Of a stretch of DNA of 64,000 nucleotides, positions 12,856 to 25,946 are shown piece by piece (position 1 is the stretch's first letter; every line of letters starts with the position of its first letter). The position numbers and the translations under genes were made by a program. This stretch comes from Callorhinchus milii (lineage: Eukaryota). The notes under the pieces were generated by a model that ran no database searches, was not told where the DNA came from, and saw only the letters and a list, made by a program, of their open reading frames with translations. Location of the stretch: contig NW_024704751.1 of NCBI RefSeq assembly GCF_018977255.1, positions 14,198,001-14,262,000 of the forward strand, read 5' to 3'.

Positions 12856-15800
12856 TCAGTCCTCTTTCTTGTCCTTTAAGGCACGGAGTCTCTCCAGGAG
12901 AGGAGGGTGTGAGTAATGCCACATGGAATACAGCCAGTCAGCGACTGGGAAGCCTAAGTTATCCTTGTTCAGTTTGATCAGGGACGAGTACAGATCCGTC
13001 GCTTTTCCCAGGTTCTTCGCGAATGCGTCAGCTTGGAACTCGAACCTTCTGCTCAGGACAGTCAGGCAAAACGACAGCACCTGCAATTCAATAGAAAATC
13101 CATCCCCATGTCAGATCGTAACGCAACCTGATTTAGCGACTCTTTTCAGCACAAAGCTGTAAGAGAGCAAAACGGCGCCGAACGCTGTGACCTCACCTCG
13201 TTGTAGGGCGAGAATATGAACTGAAAGATGATCATCAAGCCGATGAGAGTGGGCTGGCTGTCGTAGAAGCCGAAGGCGGAGAAGAGTTCCTTTCTGTCCA
13301 TGAGGACAGCGAACAGGAAGAAGCAAAAGAACGAATTCACCTGTAATGAAAGGCATGGTTGGTTGCACACGCTCGCAATTCCAATCATCGCCGATGCTGT
13401 TTGCCTTTGGGACTCCGTCTCAGGCCCTTCGGTCACCCTCCTACCCCCACTCTCCCTACCCTCCAACCCTCCTGATCACAACCCCCAGCTCGGCTCCAAA
13501 TTCCTGACTTTCAAGAGCCTGGCGACGTCCTCCCGGCATGAAAGACGCTATACGGGTGTAAGTTGTTGTTAGCGGCTGGTAACATTTTTGGAAGGAGGGA
13601 CATGTATTTGATGAGAGTTCCAGATCAGCAAAGGATCAAAGTCACTTCTGCCCATTTGATCCTACAAACAACTTACACTTTTACAACCATCTTTCGTGTA
13701 GGATTCATCAGGCTGCGCTACTTTCTTCATCCCACGCTCGGAATGTATGCATGCATGTATTTATTTTAAATCAAAAACTTGTGGCCTTGAAGATGGATGT
13801 TTTACATCCTTTAAAGTCTCCTTCAAAGTAATTAATGGGGACATTTTGTAAGCCACGGATTACCTGACTGATGACAATGTTCTTGACTGTGTGACCCAGT
13901 TTCCAGTGTCCAAGCTCGTGCCCGAGCACAGCCAGAACCTCTTGGTTGTTGCAACCTTGTCGCTTGTTCTGAAAAGGAACACAGATTTTGCTCTGAAATC
14001 ATAATATTCCTTGCATTTGATAAAAGCGCCTCATCGCGTTGTCGCATCGGGTGGAGCTGCTGCACGGCACATTACGGTAGCGTTCGGTCTCAGCGTCCCA
14101 GCCCTGCACCGGCATCAGAAACTCAACGGGCAACTTTACTTTGGGTTTGAGCTTGGCCTCCGATGCCTCGGCTTCACCGCCGTCCCCTGCAGCTGTGGGG
14201 GCATCAGAGCTGTTCTCGTCGACAGCCCCTTTGTTTAGCGGAGAGTGGTCCTCCAGCAGAGTGTCAAACAGCACGATCCGCTTGTTCTTAAAGAATCCGT
14301 AGAAGTAGGCGTTGCTGTGCGACGATCTTTTCGATCCTAGTTAAAGAGAATGAATACTTACAGCAGGATTCAAATGTTAATCCTTTCCTCGGATACAGCC
14401 TCCAGAACATGCCATAACATTTTAAAGCATTGCACGGAAAATCCCCGACAACTGGAGTTTTTCAGTAAACACAGCAGCCATTTTGCACCCACCAATGTCC
14501 CACAGACAGGCACGAAGTGAATGGCCAATTTACTTGGAGGGCTGTCGGCCAGGACACTGTTAAGACACTCCATTTTCCTTTCCGAATAGAGTTATGGCAT
14601 CTTTCACATCCACCTGAACAGGCAGAGAGGACATTGGTGTAAATGTCTCAAACGAAGGACAGCAGTGCTTCCAAATCAGACTAAGCTAGGAGTTCAAAGT
14701 GCCAACGTGGGGCTTGAAAATCATAACCCAGAGACAAGAACGCTTACCAACTGAGCCAAGCTGACGCGAGGCTTAATCAGGTATAAAAATTGCAAAAGAC
14801 AATCCATGAAAGATGATCATCGAGTTACCAAGTGATCTTTAATATATTAAAAAAACATAAACCTACTAATAATAATCCTTGCATTTGATATAGTGCTTTT
14901 CACATCTTCTCGACGTCTCAAAGCGCTTCACAGAATAGATTGTAAAGTGAATTGACTGTATGTTTGTCAATTCTCAGGGGAAGTACTGGTGTCCTGGAGA
15001 TGAATAATTGCTATTGTTAGATAGGGAATGCTATACAGCTCTCTGACCAGTTATTGCCACTCAGGAGCGCTGCCTTTATAAAGGTCTTGCATTGTCACAT
15101 GTCGCATCTCCTTGCGTAATTCATATTACGCAAGGAGATGAGACAGTTTTAAACAGCTAAACCTGGGTAGCAATGTCATGTAGAATGTAGCAAAGCCAAA
15201 GGTATTAAATGTACTTATATCAACCAGCAATACAGTGGACTGCACATCAATAGGCAACTTGCTGCATTCAAAGATGTTCCGCCGTCACAGGTTGCCTATT
15301 AATAAGCCTGAGAGCAGGTCACAGAAACCAATGGAGCTTCACTGCCTTACCCTCTACTATGTAAACCTTGGTGAGAGGAAAGCTGATACTCTTGGCCATT
15401 TTCTCGATGCTCTCCTTCAGTTCCCCTTCAGGAAGTGGAGTGAATTTATCAAACAATGGTGCGATGTAGTCAGCATAAATGGTCACCAGTACCTGAAACA
15501 TACAGCGCGAAAGAGGAGGAAAGAGTTAGAAATGAGGGGAGAAAAATTGAATAAGGGCACATGATAAAACATGAAAAAGCAGAACTTTAGACTCACCAGG
15601 GAGACGATCAATGTGAAAAGCCAAGCGTAGATAAAGAAATAATCTCCACCGATTTTGATGATGTACAGAAGCAGCGAAGTCACAGGGAGTAAAATACACT
15701 GAGTCACTGCAAACTTCTTCAGGGCATCTTTAAAAAAGAATCCCAACGTCTGCGGAAACCAAACGAAAATGCGATGCGATCAGCCCAGAAAATAACATTG

Positions 15801-18800
15801 GAAGACTTTGCCAGATTAAAAGATACACATATTCTGTTTACACAAAGTACGAGATTCCTTGTATCTGAAGGCAGAAGTGTCGATTCCTTCAAACACAGAT
15901 TAGATAGTTTTTTTTTAGGAAATAATATTATGGGATATAGTACATAGGTAGTTCAGGACATATGTGCATGCAACCAAGTGGAGCTTTGTCTTTTTTTGGT
16001 CTTGCATTACTTATGTTCTTAAGAATGAATAAACTACCATTAAAAATATAGATCATAATTTGGTTTTCTCCCGACATCCAATTTATATTTGAATGAGTGG
16101 CGCAACTTGCAAACCGTTATGTGTAGCCATTTAGAAATCTGCTGCCTTTACAGACCTGCTGGTTGAAGCCATGCCTCTCCTCAATGACAAACGTATTGTA
16201 GAGACTCCAGGGTAGACCAGTCACTGCACTGAACAAGGTAGCAAGGAATAGGAACGCCAAGGATTGGGTTATCTGTCAAGTATAAAAGAAAAGGAAACAT
16301 TTGAAAAGTTAAATTCATTGTAAAACAGTGCCACTGCAATGATCCTCAAAAGGAAAAAGGACTTTAGCACAAAGTCATCTGCATGATTTTGGACATTTGC
16401 AGTTGATATTTGACCAGAACAATCTGCAGTCTACAATTCATGCCGCACAAATAAAGCTGTTTGTTGTGCGTCAACTATAAGTAATTCATAATAATAATAA
16501 TAACAAAACTGTACGCTAATTACCTCATATGCAGGGCCAAACCCAAAGCGCCCAGTCATGTGTCCAGACACTCGCCATAGCAAAGGGATTCCTCCCAACA
16601 GCAGAATCAGCTGAAACAATGGAGAATGATTGTAATCAAAATAGGCAATGGCACCGGCCACATGCAGATGCAATAAATCAGAAATATTTCTTGAGATAGA
16701 ATGCCACACTGGCGGAACTAAATGGGATGTTTAAAAAGGAGATGGCTAGATACTTGGGAAGTCAAGGGATTGAGGAGCATCGAGGAAAGGCAGAGAAAAT
16801 GAAATTCAATGGCAGATTGGGCCATTTTAACCCCGTCCCCACCCCACCCAAAACTTCACGTGACAAACTACAAAATTATATTTCTATAGCGCCTTTCATG
16901 TCGACAGGACGTCCCTACGTGAAAAGTGCTATACAAAACAATCTTTCATCTTACCTCCTGCAATTTAAGAATGGGTACCCACTACTCACAAGAGTAGCCG
17001 CAGTACACAATACAATCGCAGGTTAAAGTACACCGATGTTACTCACCGTTCCTTCAGTCTCAGAATAAAGGCCAGACCAGAATCCAAAGGTACTTTTGTC
17101 CAGTTGGTAGAGGCGAGATTTCTCAAAGGTTTCAGAGTCCATGATCGTCCCCAGCTCCTCTGGGACCAATGTAGTGTTTCTGTAAGTCTTGCGCTAAAGA
17201 GGGAGAAAGATTTTCATAAAGAGCCAGAAAAAGGGATACAAGGAAAGCTTTCAAACATCAAACATGGACACTTACAGCACAAACAACAACAAATTACATT
17301 TGTTTGGCGTCTTTTACGTCAGGAGCACGTCCCAAGGCGCTGGACAGTCAGGGATCCACACCCGAGCTGGTGGTTGGGATTAGGAGGATAGGAGGGCGGA
17401 GTGGATAGTGGTAGGAGGATGAGCAAAGGCACGGTCGAAGAGAAAACACTCAACACCTTTTCAGTGGAACTCCCAGAAGCATTACCTGATATTATTCCGG
17501 TACTCCCGCGTCCCCATGCATCACTCCTACCCCCTTTTCCAAACAAGATGAGCCCCGCCTCAGCAATTGCCCGTTCAATACCAGCTCCCTTGCTCTTCAT
17601 CCACCCCTCAAGCTCTCCAACAGCAAAGCTTTCAAACATCAAGCAAAACCCAAGCCTTTCATTACCATTCGCCTTCAGTGTGCTAACCCAGGACACTGCA
17701 ACTGAAAGCATCATTAAGAAATTGATGATTTACCAATGTGCCTTACACTGAAGAGAGAGGAAGCAATATCGCCCAAGGATAGTCTGACTCACACAATGTC
17801 TCTTCGTGTATACTAGTACAACTACTGGATGAGCCACTGACGCACAGGAATTGACCAGCAGAGAGCGAGACCCGAAGAGGACTCGGTGAAGAACTTCTTT
17901 TGAAAAAAAACGATGACATTAGCATTGATCTGAAACCCTGCTCGTTTCAATCCAAAAGATTAGTGAACTTTTTTTTTTTGCCACTGATTAATAAACCTAC
18001 AAGTTCCACTTTACGCCCTTGCAAAGTATTTTTTGTTGCGTTTCGTAACAGAATTTAATGAAAAAAAAACCTAAAACTCTGAAGCTCGCAAGTTGTCTTT
18101 GGGGGGGGGAAGCCACCGATTATTCCAGTACTTCGTACATTGACTTGGATCTAAATGTCCTGCACGTAGGGAGCCAATGTTCCCTGAAGCCACAGAAGGA
18201 TTATAGAAATGTTCGAAGACTGCCCCAGTCTCAATCGTGCTTATCGCAGTTGCCTAATAAATACTTCCTCTAATCTGCCCAAAAAACAGTTATTTGCATA
18301 AAAACTGAAACTGGTGAAACGGTTTGATATCACAACAGCTGCGGAGACACCACTTACCGAGGGACTCCCAGCGGGTCAGGCAGATATAGTTTGCACCGAG
18401 AAAAATAATAATCCTTGCATTTTATACAGGGCCTTAACACGCCTTCGAGACGTCTCAAAAGCGATTCACAGGATATCCTGGAAAGTGAACTGACTGGATA
18501 TTTTGAGAATCTCTGAACCCCAGATTCATTCAATGAATAAACCAGTCCGTTCGCGGTAACCAATACAGGTTTCCATCATACTCTAAGCAGATTACTATTG
18601 ATACAAATTGGGTTTTACACCAAAAAAAAATGTACTTTTTATTTTAGCGTCAAGAGTTCTACATCGGATGACTTCCAATTCAGACACCAGCATGGCACTG
18701 TGCTGAGGCACAACGCAAAGGAACAGACATAAGGTTCAAAGTCTCAATGAAACGATAAGGTACGATATCAAAATATACCATATTCAGGTTTGACCCCTGA

Positions 18801-19942
18801 AATGTGCCAAATTTCAGAAGATTTAGCGAATTGATTTTTTTTTTGGAAAAAAAACATGTGTGGCATCAGAGTATCTGGGGCAGAGGTGTCTCAGAGTGGG
18901 GGGTCCCTGGTATGGAGGTAGGTGGGGTATATGTGTGTGTTTTGGGAGGGGTGGGGGAAATATACGGGCAGAATCTTTTGGGCTGAGAGTGCACGATATC
19001 TCTAGGGGTGGGGGATGAGGGTATCTCTAAGGGGGTGGGTATCTGTTAGGGGGGATGAGGCTATCTCTAGGGGGTGAGTGAGGGGATGAGGGTATCTCTA
19101 GGGGTGTGGGAGGGGGGGTGAGGATATCTCTAGGGGTGGGGGCGTGGGTATCTCTGGAAGATGGGGGAGCAGGGTGAGGGGTGGGGGGGTATCTCTGGGG
19201 GTGGCGGGGTATCTCTGGGGGTGGGGGGAAGGGAGTGAGGGGGTGGGGAGTATCTCTAGGGGCGAGGGAAGGGGAAGGGGAGTGAGGGGGTGGGGGGAGG
19301 AGGGGACTGAGGGGGTGGGGGGGACTGAGGGGGTGGGGAGGGGAAGTGAGAGGGTGGAGGGGAGGGGAGTGAGGAGGTGGGGGGGGAGTGAGGGGGTGTG
19401 AGGGGAGTGAGGAGGTGAGGGGGGTGTGAGGAGGGGAGTGAGGGGGTGGAGGAGGGGGGAGTGAGGGGGTGGAGGAGGGGAGAGATTAGGGGGTGGTGGG
19501 AGTGAGTGAGGGGAGTGAGGAGGTGGGGAGTGAGAGGGTGGAGGAGGGGGGAGTGGTGGTGGGAGTGAGTGAGGGGAGTGGTGGTGGGGGGGAGGGGAGT
19601 GTGAGGGTGGAGGAGGAGGGGAGTGGTGGTGGTGGGGGGAGTGAGTGAGGGGAGTGGTGGTGGTGGTGGGGGGAGTGAGTGAGGGGAGTGGTGGTGGGGG
19701 GAGTGAGTGAGGGGAGTGGTGGTGGGAGGAGTGAGTGAGTGAGTGAGTGAGGGGAGTGGTGGTGGGGGGAGTGAGTGAGTGAGTGAGGGGAGTGATGGTG
19801 GAGGTGGTGTGTGTGTGTGGGGGCGGTCGCCTCTCACCTGCCGTCGGGCGAGGTACGCTTCCCACATGTACACGGCCCAGGAGAAAAGTAACACCGAGTA
19901 AAAGATCTGCCGCTCGGCCCCGAGCTCCGCCCAGGGCTCCAT
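12856..19942 (-). CDS. ZMPSTE24: CAAX prenyl protease 1 / zinc metalloprotease STE24 homologue, 473 aa, 10 exons
   Basis: Exons (transcript order) 19942-19838, 17193-17047, 16610-16524, 16272-16156, 15749-15597, 15492-15351, 14336-14140, 13968-13864, 13340-13197, 13080-12856, all GT-AG, 1422 nt. HEXXH motif (HELGH), [50 protein letters not shown]-terminal KKED. Candidate polyA signal (minus strand) at 11653-11658. Confidence 0.97.
14400..14765 (-). mobile_element. Older Deu-domain-like SINE
   Basis: Contains GGCCAGGACAC...CACATCCACCTGAACAGGCAGA...GTGGGGCTTGAA...ACCAACTGAGCCAAGCTGAC, resembling the reverse complement of the recalled DeuSINE (SacSINE1/AmnSINE1-type) core and tRNA head. Confidence 0.65.
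18990..19820. repeat. G-rich low-complexity/minisatellite tract in ZMPSTE24 intron 1
   Basis: Repeated TATCTCT(A/G)GGGG units at about 18997-19265, then GGAGTGAGG/GGTGGTGG-type repeats. Confidence 0.9.
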
Positions 19943-20145
19943 GTTGATGATGTTGATGATGATGTCGTGGTGGTGGTGACGGTGACGGTGGCGGTGACGG
20001 TCCCTCTCTCTCTGCGACGCTCTGATTCTCTTTCGATGCGATTCCGTCGGTGTCCCTCCCGCCTCCGCCCCGGACTGCGCTCCGCTGATGTCGCTCCGGG
20101 TGGACCGCAAGTTCCCCCTTTTTTTGGTTCCGCCCCAGCGATTTG
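19820..20145 (-). promoter_or_regulatory. CpG-rich 5' end of ZMPSTE24
   Basis: High CpG density around exon 1 and upstream, with a GC-box-like CCCGCCTCCGCCCC near 20058-20071. Confidence 0.6.
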
Positions 20146-20581
20146 TTCCCCCCCCCCCATTCCACTGGGGCTGGTGTCACTCTCTCTCTCTTCCCCCCAC
20201 CACCACCACCTCCTACTGGAGGTGGTCCACTCTCTGACCCCCCATTCATATTATTGAAAATATTATATTATTATTATTATTATTAATATTATTGTTGAAA
20301 ATAATAAGGAGACGCGTCGTACGCTCGGTTCAATACTTTTACGACGCTTTTGGGACGGCTCAGAAGACGCCATAAGGCGCTGTCACAAATTGCCGGGATT
20401 ATTATTATTATTATTGTTGTTGTTGTAAATAACAAATTCAATGCTATCCCAAACAATTGCAAGGATTACCGTCAACCGTCGCGCTCGCATTTGATGCAGC
20501 GCCTTTGTGGCATCAAAGCGCTTCGGTGGTCTCTGTAAAGTACGATTGGCCCCGCAACATAGTCGTCTGCACAGTCACTAA

Positions 20582-20891
20582 TATAATCCTTGCATTTGAT
20601 ATAGCGCTGTTCACGTCGGGAGGACGTCCCAAAGCGCTTCACAGAACACACTGTAAAGTGAACTGACTGTATATTTGTGGGCGAACGCGGCGGCCAATTG
20701 CGCACAGCAATGTCCCACAAACAGTCGCGGATTGAAAATGACCAATTTATTATTGTTTTTGGTTTTGGAGGGTTTATTATTAGGCTCTGTGTGGAGTAAG
20801 GAAACTTGCCCAAGGTTTCGCCCTCTGCCTGGAATTGAACTCAGGTCTCTCGCTTGCAAAGCGAGTGCTCTAACCACTGAGCTACAGGACT
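20582..20891 (-). mobile_element. tRNA-derived SINE, short subfamily, near full length
   Basis: Nearly identical to 49190-49460 and to the reverse complement of 1441-1752. Confidence 0.85.
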
Positions 20892-21556
20892 ACACATTAC
20901 ATTAATGCCTGCAAATTGCTTTGAGACGTCCACCCCACCATGTGAAAGGCACTATATGAAATGCAAGGATTATTATTTTATTTGTGTCGGTTTGCTGGGG
21001 CTGGAGCTATCTACTGTAATTCCATCCCGCTTCATCAATGTGCGAGTAACAGTATCCCCTTGTTGGAGCTATCAAGTGTCAACGTTTTAATTGACGTTTT
21101 AATGTCTTATTATCCAAAGGATAGCACTTTTTTCAATCCAGTGCTAACCCCGCTACTACTATGTCAGACAAAAAACTGTGAGTTCAAAGTCCCAGTACGA
21201 GACGTAAACCCTCAAACCCTCTGACCCAGAAGTGAGAGCTCTATTTGCCCACAAAATATACAGTCAATTCACTTTACAGTATATTCTGTGAAGCGCTTTG
21301 AGACATCTCAAAGACGTGATAAGGCGCTATATCAAATGCATGGATTATTATTACTATTATTATTATTAACTGAGTCCAACCACTCCTCTAATCAATAGCA
21401 AATGAGAAGAAAGCTGAAATAATAAAACGTGCCATTTCTGGACATGAAACATTTTACTGTGGCGATTGTCATACAATAGGTAAATTATACTTTATAATTT
21501 TCTCTATCAGAAAGGTTTTTTTTTTGGTGGATGTGTGTTCGTGCGTGCGTCGTGCG

Positions 21557-23098
21557 TCAGCATATCCTGTCCTCTCTCTCTCTCTCAGTGGTGGGGTGGG
21601 AGTCCATCTCGGTGCTGAAGGGGCTTGGCGTGTGGCATCTCGAACAGATACAACTGGACGACCGGCTCGTGCACTCGGACTCCGTCACTCGGCGAGTCAT
21701 TTTCTTGGCAAACTTCATAATCATGTCTTCCATATCCCGGATTTTCATCTCCATCTGTTGCAGCTTCCTCATGATCTTCTCCTGGATGGCCAACCCTCTG
21801 CGGAAACGCTTGATCTCTCTCCTCTTCTTCTCCTTCTTCAGATAGTTCTTGTCCATGGAGGGTCCGATCTTTAGGTACCCCGCGTACTTGTCCCACATTT
21901 TCTGTAAAGATACCAATTTGGATTACCAACAGCGCTTTATGCTTCCACCGGACTTTTTGGAAACGACAGTATCAACAACAATACAGTAACGATAATCCTT
22001 GCATTTGATACAGGACCTTCAGGTTGGGAAGAGGTCACAAAGTGCTGTAAAGTGTCGTATAGTGACTATTATTATTATTATTATTATTATTATGTGTATT
22101 TGTAGGCATTAAATGGTTTACACATAAATAACCGTGTGCAATAAGTAAGTTCTTAACATGTATCCAGAGAGCTCGCGTTTGAAGAGCGACATCGTCTGGG
22201 AAACTTATCATTACCCCACGCTCCGAGAGAGATCGGAATGCGTTTACATTACAAGTGCGAACAGATAATAATAATAAAATAATCCGTGCATTTGCGTCTT
22301 CGAGACATCTCAAAGCGCTTCACTGTATATACTGTAACGTGAATTGACTGTATATTTTGCGGGCGAAAGGCGGCAGCCAATTGCGCACGGCTGGGCAGAA
22401 GAGAGATCTCAAATATCCCCCTCCAGCAGCTCGGTCTGTCTTAACCTCAGGCACAAAAGTAGCTGACAGGAGCTGTCCTGCACACAACGGCTGACTCCCA
22501 CACTTTGAAATCTGCCTCCCTCGCCTCCTTCAAGGTCCTTCTCAAGACTTTCCTCTTTGACCGTGAGCCGGGTCGATGACATGATAAGGCCCTGTATCAA
22601 ATGCAAGGATTCGGATTATTATTATTACAATTTTATATTTCAATGCGGGCGCGAGCGACTGACCCTTAACATGCACGAGACCTTTCGTTTCTTCAGGAAG
22701 TTGAAGAAGAGGACCATGAGAATGATGAGGAAGGCCACCAGAAAGGCTCTGACCAGGAAATTATCGAGCAGAGCGGAGACACTGGACTCCTGGATCGAGT
22801 GGGGGACGCACCAAGCTTTAGCCGAAAGCCCGGTCAAGTCGTTGGGGACGGTGTCCGTGCGGACCCTGGGCCACGTGCGACAGCCGGTGGTCTCGCAGTG
22901 ATCGTGGTAAGGGGGGCGCTTAGCAAAGAAGAGCTGGGAGATCAGCCCGGCCATTATCACACCCAGAGCAATGCCAATCATCCAGCCAACCAGCCAGGCG
23001 ATCAGCTGGGCTGCGTGTTGCACAGCCACAGTTGGCAAACTGATGGGGACGCACGCGCTCTCTCTCTCGGGACACGGGGGTGTGGGGGGGTCACGCAT
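21557..23098 (-). CDS. TMCO2: Transmembrane and coiled-coil domain protein 2 orthologue (paralogue B; up to 259 aa, 2 exons)
   Basis: Exon 1 23098-22664 (ATG, two hydrophobic segments, donor AGG|GTCAGT); exon 2 21901-21557 (acceptor TCTTTACAG, phase 0). LLDN...AFLIIL and GLAIQEKIMRKLQQMEMKIRDMEDMI...CICSRC match recalled human TMCO2 (LLDN...SFLIL, [24 protein letters not shown]...CSCSDC). It lies between RLF and ZMPSTE24 in the same orientation, as in human. Start codon uncertain. Confidence 0.8.
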
Positions 23099-23967
23099 TG
23101 TGAAGTCAACAGCTGTCGGTTGAACCTTTGTGATGCTCCATTATCACGTCGTCACTCACAGCCAGTAGGAGAGTCCTCCCCTTGCCTTCCACCCTCCCAC
23201 CCTCTCTTTCTCCCCTCTCGCCCCAACTCCCCCCCACCCCCACCCCCAACCTGCTAGTGAACCCTTTGTGACATACAGGATCAATAAAAACGCGTGCCAT
23301 GGATCTGGGCGCCAGCGCACACTCACACACACGCGCGCACACACACACATAGACACAGACGGACAGAGACACACACACAGACATCGATAAACACACAGAC
23401 AGACGTAGACAGACGCACACAGACCGACAGACACAAATTATTTTAAGACATCCACCCGACCCGGCAGACAATTGTGACACTGGAGAGTCCCACAAAAGGG
23501 GATTGAGGGGAGGAATTATTAATGGATGGGATCAAATGTACTGATGGTCTCTCTTTCCCCCCCCGCCCCCCACCCCCCCCCCGCGCGCTTGTGACCTTGT
23601 GAAGCGAACTTCAAAGTTACAAATTTTATCTGTGTGAAAAAAAAACATTTTATTTGCGAGAATGTTGAAGGAGTGACTCTACTTATCTAATAAGTCTGAT
23701 TGGGAGACACTCAGCCCCGGTCTGTTTGACCATGAATTTAGAAAATAATCCCTCTATTGTCTGGCTCCATCTGACAGTCTGTGCAACCGCACTGCTCAGA
23801 CAACTGCTTTTTGGCGTCAGAACCCACACGGATTTAACCCATTCATGTCAGATTTTCTGCTGCAGTTTCCTGCAGGGAGTAATCCAGTTCACAGCTGGAA
23901 CTCTGCCCAGCAACGACGCTGAGGTGTGCAATATACAATGTACTGTAAAGTGTAGTGACTATGTTTA

Positions 23968-24335
23968 CAATAATCCTTGCATTCGATACAGCGCCTTATC
24001 GCGTCTTCGAGACCTCTCAAAGCGCTTCACAGAATATACTGTAAAGTGAATTGACTGTATAGTTTGTTGGCGAAAAGCAGCAGCCAATTGTGCACAGCAG
24101 CGTCCCCACAAACAGCCCTGCATTAAGTGACCAAATTATTTACTATTTTTGGAGGGATTATTACCCCCGGAAAGCGATCCGCCAATCGACTAACAACCGG
24201 GTTCCTGCTTACTGCTAGGTAAACAGAGACGCGTGGAGTAAGGAGAATTGCCTAAGGTTTTGCCCTCCTGGGAATCGAACCCAGGTCCTCTCGCTTGCGA
24301 GACGAGCGCGCTAACAACCACGCTTACGGGACTCC
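23968..24335 (-). mobile_element. tRNA-derived SINE, long subfamily
   Basis: Tail to head present; GGGAATCGAACCCAGG is the reverse-complement B box. Confidence 0.85.
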
Positions 24336-24741
24336 TAGGAATAGGAAACGCAACAGGCAACAGTCGTACGGCTTCCAAGGTATAAACGTTTCGCAAATTC
24401 CGCTGGAGTCAGGATGCCAATGAGAAGCTGCAGAGGGTTCGCCGCTGTGGAATCTTTACGTTCTTGCCCATTACAGCAGGGGGCAGAGTGACTGCAGTTT
24501 ACTGGAGGTGACCCCAGGGACACTGGAACTGAGACGACAGCTGGGGAAAAAGGAACCTTATCCCTCAAGCTGACAGGTTTGGACGGATTCCACGACCTCC
24601 TGTGTCTGCTGGTAGTGCTGAGGAATGAGCTCCCACATAATGAATTGCACTGTTTCTGCTCTCAAGAGCACTAACCCTCCCTCCTCCAGCCCGCAACACG
24701 CAGCCAGAGCCGGAGACAATCCGTCCACTGTGACTTGCCAC

Positions 24742-24778
<37 letters not shown>

Positions 24779-25673
24779 TAAAGGACCAAAAAAAAGGAGG
24801 ACTATTATTATTCATTACCTACAGCCTTCTACATCTTTAATAATAATAATTCGGTCACTCAATCCGCGACTGACTGCTTGTGGGACACTGCTGTGCGCGG
24901 TTGGCTGCTGCGGTTATGCAGTCGATTCACTTTACGGTATATTCTGTGAGACGTCTCGAAGAGGTGATAAGGCGCTATATCAAATGCAAAGATTATTATA
25001 AACACGGCCAAAGCGACTGAACGCCTATTGCTAAGGCAACCGTGGAGACAATTCCCAGAGGCCCCGCTGGAGTGCAAAGCAATGTAACTGGATGAGAACA
25101 GGAGATAAGACATTCCATTCATTGCCTGTCCTCTCCCCCCCACCCCGACCTGATTGCAATCTCTGAAACAAGGGCCTCCAGGAATCTGTTTGATTCTCCT
25201 TTCAAGTAAATAAACCTGAAATCTCTCTCTCCAATAGTCTGACCTTTTGCCTTGCAAGGCAAGGTTTTATTTGAGGGAGGGAAGGGGGAAAAAAAGTGTC
25301 TACTTGTATTCGCTCCAACGTGGACAATAACCAGGGTCAATACGAGGCAAATCTCTTCAATAATCCCCGTTTTTTTAAATGGTCATTTTTCACTTTAAAA
25401 GTGGAAACGATGGGAGTTGGTGCAAACAGGTTCTGAAAACAAAGGGGACCTTGTTTTAAAGTTAGGAGATCGGAAAACGTTGGGAAAAGAGTCGAACGCA
25501 TTGTGCCCCCATCGGGACAGAATGAAATAGGACACATTAAAAAAAAGGAGGCAGATAGATCAGGGATTTGGGAAGAAGGTGAGGAGGAAGAGGTGGGATT
25601 CCCAAGCAAGGCAAAACTTTAGGCGAGTTTCCTTACTCCGCACACATCTGTTTACCTATCAGTAAGTAGGAAC

Positions 25674-25946
25674 AACAACAATTACATTTGTAAAGCGCCC
25701 TTCATGTCGGGAGGACGTCCCAAGGCATTGAACAGTCGGGGATCTGGACCCGAACATAGCAGGGCAGGGTTGGGGTGAGGGAGGGCAGAGAGAGGTAGGA
25801 GGGCGGCTGAAGGCACGGTCGAAAATGAGGGTCTTGAGTTGTGCCTTGAAGGAGGCAACAGAGGGAACGAGGCGAAGGGACTGTGGGATGGAGTTCCAAA
25901 GGGTGGGGGCTGAAAGCCTGGCCGCCGATGTAGGGTGGGTCGAGTG
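25674..25946 (-). mobile_element. L2-type LINE 3' fragment nested in a SINE (25609-26168)
   Basis: Minus-strand translation ...APTLWNSIPQSLRLVPSVASFKAQLKTLIFDRAFS, typical of the L2 RT C-terminus; (TTG)n tail. Confidence 0.8.

Noticed and set aside
19098-20249. 383-aa Pro/His-rich ORF and overlapping 284-aa ORF
   Set aside because: Translations of the low-complexity G/C tract. Only 19838-19942 is coding (ZMPSTE24 exon 1), and the 284-aa ORF starts at a TTG.
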